From positions 11,534,001 through 11,598,000 of the forward strand of contig NC_087245.1 in NCBI RefSeq assembly GCF_037042905.1: a DNA stretch of 64,000 bases, given 5' to 3'. Shown here piece after piece: positions 12,301 through 23,433 of this stretch; the stretch's first letter is position 1; each line of letters starts with the position of its first letter. A program made the translations under genes and the position numbers. The notes beneath the pieces were generated by a model. That model ran no database searches. It saw only the letters and a list, made by a program, of their open reading frames with translations, and was not told the origin of the DNA. The stretch comes from Lytechinus pictus (taxonomy: Eukaryota).

Positions 12301-15300
12301 AGATACAAGAATTTAAGTTCACCGAAAGGTTGGTATTGAGATTAAAATGTAAAAATACAGGAAAATGGTCTGATAAATCAGAAAGAATTATACCAGATGA
12401 CAGCGCACCCCGTACATTCGTGAATACATTATCAATCAAAGTAGCCGAGTTTCCAGAAATTCTGGTAGGTTTAGTAATTGCTGGTAAAAAACCTGCTGTA
12501 AGTAATAAATCCATGAAATTTTGAGTAAATGAATCAGAATCATATTTTAAGAGGTCTACATTATAATCACCAAGTAAAAAACAATTTTTATTAAGCATGA
12601 CGGGATGGTTTAATAATTCACTGAAATTGATCAAAAAGTCATCACGTAGACAGTTAGGGGGTCTGTATACAACTCCAACTACAATGTTCTTGTCATTTGG
12701 AACAATTACTTCAATAAATAAAGTTTCGATAGAATTATCCATGCGGTTCAGATCAGGTCTTAACTTATACTCATACCGTTCAGAAATATACATGCATACA
12801 CCGCCACCTGTTTTGTCTGTCCTGTTATTCGTAATCAAATTAAAGCCAGGGATTGAAAAAAATGATAATTCAGTACCCGGAGTGAACCAGGTTTCTGATA
12901 AACCTATAAGCGAACAGTTAAGCTTCGAGTTAAGGAGAAGGGAACGCAATGAATCAAAATTTTTGTTGGCACTACGAATGTTGCAGTGTAACATTAAAAA
13001 ATCGTTAGTGTTGTTTAATTGTTTAGTTGCAATCTGGCTTTCAGTGTAATATAAAGAAGGTGCATGCTGATAAGTACTGTCATTTGGATCGGAAACAGAA
13101 TCAAGATTGTTGTTTAAGGAGTTCATGGACTGGGCAATAAAACTATGAAAAACATTGTTAGAGTTTTCATTGAAATTGGTATTTAGATCAGACTGAAAAG
13201 TGTCAAAAAATTCATCATTATGCAAGTTGTGAAAAGGAGCATTGTTGTTTGTAGTCATTTAAAAAAAAAAAAGGAAGAATCTGTAAATGAAAAGAATGTG
13301 CAGAACAGTTACATAACAAACAAACACAGAGACGGGTGAACGAACACAGAACACAGAAACACGTAATACAACAGACGAAAATAGAAAGGAAAATCTGGAG
13401 TTGGCGGGAAATGATTAGATGGCAGCACACACAAACAAAAATAATCAGGCATTTGCCAGCAACCCTTGTGATTTAAACACACAAACCAATCAGATCCATT
13501 TGGGAACCTAAACCAACTGCACGTGAGTCCTTTTAAAGTTGATGGCCTCCTGTGGAGACCAAAAAGAAATGTATAACACGGTTGAGCGGTTCCCAACAAA
13601 ATCTTACTAGCTTGTGAAATATATTCAAATTACCAGTTACAAGTTAGACCCTATCTTGATTTTATTGCAAGATATTAAGCATCAATGATAAGTAAAAAAA
13701 ATTGTAGTAAATAAACGTGAGCTTGCTGCATGACATCGGGCTCATGAAGTGTTTACAGTATGCAAATTCAGTGTGTCCAACTCTCCCTACAATTAAAAAA
13801 GAAGCACTGCATGCTCAATACCAAATAAAATCAAAATCATCAGTACAACACAGCCATTTCGTTTCTATGTCATATGGGAGAAATTATATCGTATTAGGCC
13901 AACTTGAGTAGGCATGGTAGTTAAAATCGGAATAATGGATACACGCTACGTATGAATTTGCCATGCTATACGTGAGAAACAAACAAAATGAAAATCCATA
14001 TGCAAAATGATTGTATTAAAAAAGGGTCAGAAAGTGCATGGCCCGGATGATAGGCGCACTGAATGGGCTTATACACCATGCTTTATATTAAAGAAATGGG
14101 CCTAATAGTAGAAAAAAAGAACAGGGAGAATGATCTCACAAGCGATCATTAATGAGAACAACTCACTGTGGTGAAAGACGGCCATGATTTAAAAAAAAAA
14201 GAAAAAAAAAAAGCAATTCACCATCAAATGATATTAATAATATCACATAGAATTATTTTAGACCAGATTTGAGGCTAGATCACAAGTGGAAATAAAGCAA
14301 ACTGATTTTCCAAGACTTTTGAAAATGAATATCACAGGCCAGAATTTAGCTCCTTATATATAGGCCTAAATATAAATTGATAGTTTACAGGATGACATAC
14401 AGTCTTACTATAACACTTCAATTCGAAGTTAATTGAAACATCTGGAAAATGCTATATATTAATTCAAGGTATGGCAAAAAAAAGATCAAATGCCTATGAC
14501 GACAGCTTGACCCCTTCTGCATATAAATAGTCGATGTAATATCACCATGATCACAGGAGGACAAATACAGTCTATAATTCAACCTCAGCATCAGTTTAGA
14601 ATTATTCTGTCAAGTGAAGTTTAAAAAAGAAATGTAGTAGCAAAATTCTACCTGATCATCCTCTAGACTATTATAGTCGAATGAAAGTTGTTAGTACACA
14701 TAATTTTCATTATAAAATATTAAAAGGACAAAGTATGTCTACATTATCGCCTATTGTAAGTCGTTTATTATACCAGGTATATTCCGTCTATAAGAATAAT
14801 TCATAACAGCTACGGATACAAATATACATTTTTGTTGCCTCAGAAAGTGAATATTTTTTTTTCATAAAGAAAGAAAGAATGACAATGGAGAGTCGTGTAA
14901 GAGGGATGTTAAGATTTGTAATGACCTATGAGCCAAGGATTGGCGCAGGATAGTGTTGATTAAAAGATTTCAATTGTCTCGGTTTGGATTTCAATGTACA
15001 GTAGTCGTAAGTTACTTTAAACTTCACAATGTAACTGTTTTCATTCCTTTTGTTATGCCTAATTAAAGATTAAAACATCTTTTTCTGTTGTTTGTAGTAT
15101 GGTTTGAGCCAACCTGTGTAATGAAAGCGATGAAAGTTTGCCAGTCTGATACCTGGAAGTCTCTTACATACACCTCACCAAACTTCAAGGAACTTAGACA
15201 AATGTATGCTGCAATAGAAGGAGAAGAAACTATCAACTTTCAAGGTATGTGGATGATGTGCCAGATTTGTCTTTGCTTTTAGATTTGTTACTACTATTCA

Positions 15301-18300
15301 ACTACCACCACTACTACAGCGACTATTACTTCAACTTCTACTACTTCTAATAACAGTAATATTACTATGGATATGACAATGATGGATACTACTATTGCTG
15401 CTGCTGGGGATCCCAAACCAACTGGAAAGTTATTTTGAAATAAACAAGAGTGGTAAACATTTGATGTCCAATTTGTTTTCAGGATTTCAGTCGTGTTTCA
15501 CTACGAGACGATGTGAATACAGCAAGCTACTGTGTGGTGCTGGATAAAACAGGAGAAGTGGTACTAGGAATAGGCGATATGAATATCAATGACACTATTA
15601 CACCTGAGTATGTAAGTCTTTGTGTTTTTCATGCATATAATTCATATCTGGGATTCTATCACAGACCTTATATCAATTATGTCCCAGAGAAAAAGAAGGA
15701 AACCTGTTTCAATGTATATACAGATGGATATCACAATCATCAGCTATGTTTCGATTTTAAATTTGACAAAAAAGATCATGAGAATAAGACTGTTCTTGGA
15801 TTTGAGACTCTATAATTGATGAATTGCTTAGGGGATTATAAACAATAAAAGTTGAGGCCTATCACATAATTTGTCTACAAACCCATGGGTGAATCTGTAG
15901 AAAGTATGGGCACGGAATGAAATAAAAACCTCATAAATAACATGAAAGAAATGCTAATGAGCCATTTCTTTCTTATGTAAGGTTGTATCCTTACAAATTG
16001 TGACCCATTATTCTTCACATCTTGATTTTACATTGAAATTTCAAACTTTACCAGCTAGTTTGTGGAGGACCCTTTCATAATTGTATTATATATCAATACA
16101 AATCAAGAATTTAGTATGTAAAGTAAATAGAATGCCCTCATGTACAATCAATGTAAAAATCAATCATTTCTTGCGATTTTATGGTGTCTTATCACATATC
16201 TGTAGTATTAAAACTTATCCATTAATATTCTTGAGTAACAAAATGAAGTCTTTTTGTATGTACTCCTTCTGATCGCCTCTATTACTCTCTCTTTGAAAAC
16301 AGATATCCCAGCATGCATCTGTAATCCAGGAAGCTCCTATAGTTTGCATGGATGGTAACATTCCCAATGAAACCATTGAATTCATCTCCAGTTTATGTGC
16401 TGATAGCAGGGTTCCATGTAAGTACAATTCGATGGACAGAAATTTGACTTTATTGTACTTCTTTTCTATTCTTTTCTCTTCTATTCTTTTCATGCAAGAA
16501 CTCATGTTTTTACAAAGTTTTGAAATCATTGATGAATAAATTATGATCCAAGAAAACATGGCTGAAATTTACCAAACAAAATTGAAATCAGTTCAAGACT
16601 TATAAAGACTTCTAAAGACATGGCATCAAAGTGCATGTATACAAAGCAATAAAAGCTCAAGATCCGGGAATATTGTCAAATGGTAGGCACAATTTTTTGT
16701 TTAAGGTAAATTTTATCAGCAATATAGCAATATAATATACCTCAAGATTGGTTCAAATTTACTTATAAGGGTGAGGAAATGACAATGGAGAGTCGTGTAA
16801 GAGGGATGTTAAGATTTGTAATGACCTATGAGCCAAGGATTGGCGCAGGATAGTGTTGATTAAAAGATTTCAATTGTCTCGGTTTGGATTTCAATGTACA
16901 GTAGTCGTAAGTTACTTTAAACTTCACAATGTAACTGTTTTCATTCCTTTTGTTATGCCTAATTAAAGATTAAAACATCTTTTTCTGTTGTTTGTAGTAT
17001 GGTTTGAGCCAACCTGTGTAATGAAAGCGATGAAAGTTTGCCAGTCTGATACCTGGAAGTCTCTTACATACACCTCACCAAACTTCAAGGAACTTAGACA
17101 AATGTATGCTGCAATAGAAGGAGAAGAAACTATCAACTTTCAAGGTATGTGGATGATGTGCCAGATTTGTCTTTGCTTTTAGATTTGTTACTACTATTCA
17201 ACTACCACCACTACTACAGCGACTATTACTTCAACTTCTACTACTTCTAATAACAGTAATATTACTATGGATATGACAATGATGGATACTACTATTGCTG
17301 CTGCTGGGGATCCCAAACCAACTGGAAAGTTATTTTGAAATAAACAAGAAAAATCAGAGAATTACACAAAAAAGGTTTGAAGAATATCAGATAGAAGACG
17401 TTTATGATTTTTTTTTTTTTGTAAATCTTTTATATTGGCTACATAGGTGATGTCACTGCTATAGGATAAGGACTGCTCCTTCATTGAAACAGAACCATAA
17501 TAAGCATAAAGAGAGATACCTATTATGTGCATTGTAAATGCAGAGAATGTTTGATTATAACTTGTCTCGATGTTTCAAACAAGTATCATGTGTACAATGT
17601 TCAGATGCTGTATAAGAAGTTTTGTTTTTCCACATATTTTCTTCCATTGATTGTGTGCCATAGTGAGAGACAGAATTTCTCGTTCCTTGTTCTTTCCAGA
17701 TGATCAGTCATTCACAGATAAAGTGAGAGAATGTCTCCAGCTTAGTAGAGTCTTGTTACGTCACATCTATTGTTTGTTCATAACGTTAGGAGAGGATGGT
17801 ATCTTGATATGTCGGAATGCTGAACCTGATCAGCACTTTGTCATCTCAAAACAAGGTTTACAGGTATATGTCGTCCAAATACTGTAATTAAATATACTGG
17901 TATGAAGTGTGTATTCTAATTAAATGTTACTTGGCATGGGAACAACTTTTTACGATTATAAACTAATTTTTGTCTCGCCTGCATAGAAAAACGAGACTAT
18001 AGGCGCTGCTTTTCCGACGGCGGCGGCATCGGCGGGGTCGTCAACATTGAAATCTTAACCAAGGTTAAGTTTTTGAAATGTCATCATAACTTAAAAAGTA
18101 TATGGACCTAGTTCATGAAACTTGGACATAAGAGTAATCAAGTATTACTAAACATCCTGCCTTAGTTTTGGGTCACATGACCAAGGTCAAAGGTCATTTA
18201 GGGTCAATGAACTTAGACCATGTTGTGGGAATCAAAATCGAAATCTTAACCAAGGTTAAGTTTTTGAAATGTTGTCATAACTTCGAAAGCATATAGACCT

Positions 18301-20545
18301 AGTTCATAAAACGTAGACATAAGGGTAATAGTGTATCAATAAAGATCCTACCTGAGTTTCAGGTCACGTGATTAAGGTCAAAGGTCACTTACGGTCAACA
18401 AACTTTGGCCATGTTAGGGTTATTTGAGGAATTGTCATAACTTTAAAAGTTTATGGATCTAGTTCATGAAACTTGGACACAAGAGCAACCATGTATCCTT
18501 GAATATCATTTGCGAGTTTCAGGTCACATGACCAAGGTCAAAGGTCACTTAGGGTCAATGAACTATGGCCATGTTAGGGTTATTTGAGGAATTGTCATCA
18601 TAACTTTAAAATTTTATGGATCTAGTTGATGAAACTTGGACATAAGAGCAACCATGTATCCCTAAATATCATGTGCGAGTTTCAGGTCACATGACAAAGG
18701 TCAAAGGTCACTTAGGGTCAACAAACTTTGGCCATGTTGGGGTTATTTGAGGAATTGTCATCATAACTTTGACATTTTATGGATCTAGTTCATGAAACTT
18801 GGACATAAGAGCAATCAAGTATCCTTGAACATCCTGTACGAGTTTCAGGTCACATGACCAAGGTCAAAGGTAATTTAGGGTCAACAAACTTTGGTAATGC
18901 TGGGGGTATTTGTGGAATTGTCATCATAACTTTCAAAGTCTAAGGATCTAGTTCATGAAACTTGGACATAAGAGCAGCAGTGTATCCCTGAACACCCTGT
19001 ATGCATTTCAGGAACATGGCCAAGATCAAAGGTAATTTAAAGGTCAATGAACTCTGGCCGTGTTGGGAGCATGTGTTGGATTGGCATCATAACTAAGGAA
19101 GTTTTTGGATCTAGCTCATGAAACATCGACATAAGGATAATCAAGTATGAATGATTGTTTTGCACATGTCTTAGGTCACATGATCATGGTCAAATGTCAT
19201 TTTGGGTCAATGGGCATAATATTTTATTATCATATTAGTGTTTTCTTCTATGAATAATATTCATTAGCTATTTTCAAAGGAAGCACTGCTGCTATATCGC
19301 ATTGCCTAACGCAGGCGAGACTGCCAGAGGCGTTCCACTTGTTTAAAAAGTTTTCCAACTCAATTTTGAGGGGTAATGAATTTCATATTGTTCCATCATC
19401 ATTTATAAATTTGAAAGCTTGATTATTCCTTTTTACAATGGTGTTTCATATTTGTTTGTTAAGGTTGTATTGGAATGTGCAGTCCTGATAAATATGCAGC
19501 AAGGTTAATAATGAAATGTTGCAAACTTCATTATGTTCAGGAATGAATTCCAGATTTGTAGAGGATAGACCAATATTGATGTGATGGTGCATGTAACACT
19601 GATTCTTTTACTGTGCTTTAGAAGATAAAAGTTAGAAAGCAACTTTGCAGTCAAGATTCCTTTAAAACCATGTCTCACGTTGTCACATTTTGCTCAGTTA
19701 CCCAAATGTGATTCAAAACATATTAGTATGGTACCAGTTTTATCTTGTAGTAATAAGCAGAAAGCCCTGTCCCTTTTTCTTTCAATTTCAAGCATGTATA
19801 TAATTTCCCCCTAGCAGTATGTGAGACTTTGACGATGGAAGTGAGAACAAAATAATAATACTCAGTATTTATAAAGCATTTAATACATTGTAACAATGTC
19901 TCTAATCCAATGACCTCTCACCCTTTTTTTCAGGACATTGAGATAGATGGTATGTTTTCAGCTATGCACTACACAGTCTCATCTGATATCGGTCAAATCA
20001 CCTCAGTATCAGGAGCAGGCGATTGGTAAGAATGTTGTATTCATTTGTAATGAGATGGAGTCTGAGAGGTGTTTATGCAAAGATGTTGAGCACTGAAAAT
20101 TTATCACAAAAATAGCAAATTCTTGAAAATGTATCAAATATGAAATGACACATCAAAGAGAGGTTTAAATTGAAAAAGACATGTATAAACACAAAACTCA
20201 CTATTTATGATAGTTACAGGAAAAGATACATGCTAGAATTTAAAAAGCCAGTAATGTCTGATATTCAGTCATTGTTATTTTTCATAGGTTATTTTTAATG
20301 GCAAATACTTTCATGATGTATATATACTCTCCTGTATACTGGTTTTGTTTTCCAGCCTTGCAGCATCTTCTATTGCCAACATGTTGAGAGGCAATGACCC
20401 TGATGTCTGTCTCAGAGCAGGACTTCTCGCTGCGCAACACTCTCTTCAATCCCATCATGCAGTGCCTCCATCTATCACCTCAGAACTTTTATCACCTGAC
20501 TTTGTATTGGATCATGTGACAGTGGATCCCAGCAGACTGCAATGA
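76..20545 (+). CDS. Bifunctional pseudouridine-5'-phosphate glycosidase (PsuG/IndA family) plus pseudouridine kinase (PfkB family); 5'-partial, 14 exons in window
   Basis: Exons 76-250, 823-934, 1645-1751, 2387-2513, 6573-6693, 7478-7563, 7997-8259, 8674-8835, 15483-15611, 16303-16417, 16998-17144, 17700-17863, 19934-20025, 20356-20545. All introns are GT-AG and phases are consistent. PsuG motifs: [76 protein letters not shown]. PfkB motifs: [48 protein letters not shown]. Confidence 0.95.
2933..4073 (+). mobile_element. Non-autonomous hAT-like DNA transposon (internal deletion derivative) with 12-bp TIRs and a 6-bp TSD
   Basis: Ends CAGAGCTGCCAA...TTGGCAGCTCTG, flanked on both sides by CAAATG. 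Subterminal TAGGATTTT-like repeats. Internal ORF 3469-3822 has a BED-like zinc finger ([27 protein letters not shown]). Confidence 0.85.
3469..3822 (+). pseudogene. Truncated transposase ORF: N-terminal BED-like zinc finger joined in frame to a short C-terminal tail, no catalytic core
   Basis: 117-aa ORF lying inside the TIR element. CxxC...H...H finger followed directly by [19 protein letters not shown]. Confidence 0.7.
4760..5981 (-). pseudogene. Decayed antisense spliced gene fragment with a MADF/Myb-SANT-like exon (5775-5981) and S/T/P-rich remnants; possibly a Harbinger ORF2 relic
   Basis: Minus-strand AG...GT-bounded segment translates as [20 protein letters not shown] / (frameshift) [34 protein letters not shown]. 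Low-complexity broken ORFs at 4782-5452. Confidence 0.5.
7564..7996 (+). other. U12-type (minor spliceosome) GT-AG intron
   Basis: 5' splice site GTATCCTTT at 7564. Branch site TTCCTTAAT at 7975-7983, 13 nt before the intron end (CAG ending at 7996). Splicing restores [14 protein letters not shown]. Confidence 0.92.
9100..9330 (+). mobile_element. Old L2-like LINE 3' fragment
   Basis: Translation LLRIPK...[20 protein letters not shown] resembles degenerate L2 ORF2 C-termini. Confidence 0.4.
9523..14870 (-). mobile_element. CR1/L2-group non-LTR retrotransposon, antisense in intron 8; 5' boundary uncertain
   Basis: Intact ORF2. The 3' end reads AATAAA followed by a (CAAT)n tail on the minus strand (ATTG repeats at 9523-9538). 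GAACTCAC...GTGAGTCC stem at about 9622-9658. Extent beyond 13260 is inferred. Confidence 0.8.
10130..13258 (-). CDS. LINE ORF2: APE endonuclease plus reverse transcriptase, 1042 aa, uninterrupted
   Basis: Endonuclease motifs HCNIRS, GLSETW, GGGV, YRPP, LGDYN, PTR...TLIDN, SDHFP. RT motifs [41 protein letters not shown]. Confidence 0.96.
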   Translation of the reverse strand: MTTNNNAPFHNLHNDEFFDTFQSDLNTNFNENSNNVFHSFIAQSMNSLNNNLDSVSDPNDSTYQHAPSLYYTESQIATKQLNNTNDFLMLHCNIRSANKNFDSLRSLLLNSKLNCSLIGLSETWFTPGTELSFFSIPGFNLITNNRTDKTGGGVCMYISERYEYKLRPDLNRMDNSIETLFIEVIVPNDKNIVVGVVYRPPNCLRDDFLINFSELLNHPVMLNKNCFLLGDYNVDLLKYDSDSFTQNFMDLLLTAGFLPAITKPTRISGNSATLIDNVFTNVRGALSSGIILSDLSDHFPVFLHFNLNTNLSVNLNSCISQLDFSEHNMGKFKQELENTDWSGIFTLQNANDAFDSFMSIISSKMDLCFPLIRKKRSNYKKIPRSPWISKGILRSINRKNNLYIKSIVKPCDKNKKRYTDYKNILTGILRKSKNIYFCNQFHLYKNDIQNTWKIIKEVLQGKTKKSTVSKINVDGNLIEDPHTLANTFNNYFSSIGPNLARGIPNPRKHFRDFLRDPNPNSIYFIPTDEAEIANIIHNLKNKQSRGHDGINNILLKKNCELIAKPLTYIYNLCMSTGVVPSSLKLARVIPVFKKGDSTVLGNYRPISLLTCLSKVLEKLIFVRTSKFFNMHDLFYPLQFGFRENHNTTHALLTIVDKIARGIDNFEHTVGVFLDFSKAFDTINHEILLYKLNYYGVRGIALEWFRNYLDSRKQFVSIENTISETKMVNCGVPQGSILGPLLFLIYINDFCKSSNILSFTLFADDSNIFFSHKDPRHLLATINHELEQVSEWIKANKLSLNLQKTNYMLFSNIIDDLPGNVIFENTSIQRVNSTKFLGITIDSNLSWKEHVDHICKIISRNIGIINKVKFFFPTHILFNLYSTLILPHLNYGIIAWGNCADYLVNRILLLQKKALRIICHTDFRAHTDVLFYNHNILKVGDLYSYNLGKLMYTLDRNELPNIFYSMFTKNVNIHHYPTRSAGLFHPPRARTILLNKTFIFTGTQLWNSLLESVRNKPTHFSFSNGLKKILLHKYKPQISNVST
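14878..15449 (+). repeat. 572-bp duplicate of 16778-17349, including a full copy of exon 11 (15098-15244) with both splice sites
   Basis: Appears identical by eye at a constant offset of 1900 bp. The ORF track gives the same peptide at 15088 and 16988. Confidence 0.95.
17967..19344 (+). mobile_element. Helentron-associated non-autonomous element (HINE/DINE-1-like) with internal tandem array of about 163-bp units
   Basis: T-run at the start. Subterminal inverted repeats GTCTCGCCTGC (17972-17982) and GCAGGCGAGAC (19311-19321). Short 5' hairpin partner (CGAGAC), a (CGG)n microsatellite, about 7 units containing GGTCACATGACCAAGGTCAAAGGTCA-like cores, and a CTTGTTT end. Confidence 0.75.
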
Positions 20546-21424
20546 GTTGATAATGGTGTCATGTGTGTAGTCACATGATCTTTAATGTGAACAGAGTCTA
20601 CTGAGTATGATGCATCACCTTTATACTACCAGTATTACCTTTGATGAATTGAGTGACCAAACAACTGACTTCTGTCTGGATGATGTTTCTTTATGGATGG
20701 ATTAGAGTTGTTTTTGGTTTTCTTGCTTCATGTCACATCATAAATTGCTATACATGTGCTAAGAAACTGATTTTTCCCAATGTATTGAATGGTGCATATT
20801 TCATGAAACAAATATTAAGTGATATTCACTGACAACTGTTATAAGCTACTGAAACCATTGCATCTGATTGGCTCAGAACAAATTATTCAGTGAGAATAAC
20901 TGATTATTGCTTCAAGAAACACTGTCCTGGATGGACTAAGAATCATGTGACTGACATACATGTAGTTGAAGCTAGTCAATTTGTAAATGTGAAAATCTTG
21001 AGCTCACTTCCTGAAAACCATGTCATTGAAGTTGATCTGACTTCAGCAAACAATACCTTTTTGGTTGTAGGCAAGTTGCTTTATTTGAATGATAACAACA
21101 TTCTCAGGATCTAAAAAATATGGAGTCGTTCTTGTCTTGAAACAATACTTAAAAATTCCTAGATTATGTGAATAAAATAAAGTATAACTCGAATTCTGTA
21201 AAATGCTAGTCAAAGAGGGTTGGCATATTCCAGGTGCTAAGGCAGTGCTTCACACAAAAGAATATCAGAGTGATTTAAAATTCAAGTGACCTATTTCCCT
21301 GCATGGCTATGGAAGAGCAAGGATAAAGAAGGCATATATCTTTTGAGGTGAATACAGCAAAGCGAAGAAAAAAGGGTATTAAAAGTGAACCAATCAAATA
21401 TCATAAGCATCCATGATGGATCAG

Positions 21425-22070
21425 CAGTTATATTCAAACAAAAATCATTCATATCAGTTACATTCAAACAATAATCACTCTGATTAGTTAGATTCAAACA
21501 ATAATCATTCTGATCAGATACATTCAAATAAAAATCATTCAGATCAGTTACATTCAAACAATAATCATTCAGATAAGTTACATTCAAACAATAATCATTC
21601 AGATTAGTTACATTCAAACAATAATCATTCTGATCAGATACATTCAAACAATCATTCAGATAATATATATTCAAACAATAATTCAAATCAGTTACTTTCA
21701 AACAATAATTATGATCAGTTACATTCAAACAATAATTATTCATATCAGTTACATTCAAACAATGATCATTCAGATCAGTTACATTCAAACAATAATCATT
21801 CATATCAGTTACATTCAAACAATAATTATGATCAGTTACATTCAAACAATAATTATTCATATCAGTTACATTCAAACAATAATCATTCAGATCAGTTACA
21901 TTCAAACAATAATCATTCAAATCAGTTACTTTCAAACAATAATTATGATCAGTTACATTCAAACAATAATTATTCATATCAGTTACATTCAAACAATGAT
22001 CATTCAGATCAGTTACATTCAAACAATAATCATTCATATCAGTTACATTCAAACAATAATCATTCAGACT
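21425..22070. repeat. Minisatellite of 30-bp and 27-bp units (ATCAGTTACATTCAAACAATAATCATTCAG)
   Basis: About 22 tandem units. They generate the repetitive ORFs at 21291-22052 and 21711-22076. Confidence 0.95.
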
Positions 22071-23433
22071 TCATAATCAATATATCTTTCATCCATCGAG
22101 CTAGTGTAGAAGAAGTCTCACATTTATAGGAATTTCTGTGGAGATGAAAAGTCTGTACTCATCAATCCTGAAAGGGTAGTCTGCTTTACATACTCAAGTA
22201 GAGATGATATAACACAAATTCTATCATGTGGAAATGAATTCGACTTACCAGTCTGGTTATAGGCATTGTTTTGGAACATAGCCCTTGATATCTTGGGTTA
22301 AAGAAAGTTCTTGCGGACTCTCCGTCCCATACTCAGGAGGCCAGTCAAAGTCGAGCAGTCAACTACAAGACGCTTGAGTAATTCAAGGTCTAAATCCATT
22401 TTACCTTTAGCTATTTCTTGGAGATGTGTGATTATGTGCACATATGGCAATAAACCGTTAAACACACTCCATTGTAGTTTTGGGGCTTTGAGAATTCTAA
22501 GCTCTTGATATTTTTTTTAGGGGGGTGGGGGAGATTGCCACACCTCTCACTCAATTTTGGGCACAGTGGCATAAGCAGCAGCATTAGAAAGGGGACTGTA
22601 TTTCTCCATACTTTTGGAAAGGGTCTCTTTCTGGGGAAGAAGGGTCACCTGCCTTGTAGAGTTGCATAGCCAGACCATCTGAGATGGGTGACAAATTGCT
22701 CTATTCATCATAAATATTACTGAACTTCACATAGTCCAGTAATGCACTCCCCCCTACGGGCGGGGAGGAAATAAATGATGCTAAAGGATCATAATAATTA
22801 TCATCATAATAATCAGCCCCTCCAAAATTTCACTCTGATAATCAGCGAATAAGCTGACGATTTCATTGATGCATGCATCTGAAGCCCCGGTTACAACCGT
22901 AGGTGTTGCCATTGTGTTCCCTCGCACGACAGGGAGGTTGGCTAGCACGAGTAGCACTAGTTGTAAAGTGAGACACTGTCTCTGTCAGCCGCCTCTGCCT
23001 GAGTTTTTTCCTGCTTGGTAGAAATCTCTGATTGAGACATTCTGCATTGAGCACTGCCGACACACACTGAAAAATAAATGCCTAAGCCATATGGGGAAAT
23101 AGCTTATTTGAATTTTAAATCACTTGGAAATTCTCTTTTGTGAAGCACCGCCTTAGTACCTGAAATATTCTAACCCCCTGAAGAATTATATGAAATATTA
23201 TACAATTTATATTTGAATCCCTTATAATTCTGTCATTTGATTTAATTTCTGACACAAGCCCAAGTAATTTTCCAAGACAATCATACCTCAGAATGTTTAC
23301 ATGAAAAACTTAGAAGAAACTTAGAAGTATTTTGAAATACTGTAATAATGATATATAAATATTATACCGGTAATAGAATTGTTGGATAAGCAAACTTTGT
23401 GAGCCAGTGTCCCAAATACAAAAAAGATAGAAT

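Noticed and set aside
10205..13049. Plus-strand ORFs overlapping the LINE
   Set aside because: Antisense shadows of ORF2 with no recognisable domains.
9510..15470. Target-site duplication bracketing the LINE plus duplicated exon
   Set aside because: Only AAACAT is shared near the two edges, which is too short and not exactly at the junctions.
18050..19205. CRISPR-like regularly spaced repeats (also considered for 21425-22070 and 55945-56432)
   Set aside because: Whole units repeat with no unique spacers, there are no cas genes, and the context is eukaryotic.
20530..20545. Possible peroxisomal PTS1 (SRL) at the end of the pseudouridine enzyme, attractive because the plant enzymes are peroxisomal
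   Set aside because: The protein ends SRLQ-stop, so SRL is not terminal.
76..20545. Recent bacterial horizontal transfer or contamination for the PsuG/PsuK-like gene
   Set aside because: It has 13 spliceosomal introns including a U12 intron, and the fusion is known in other eukaryotes.
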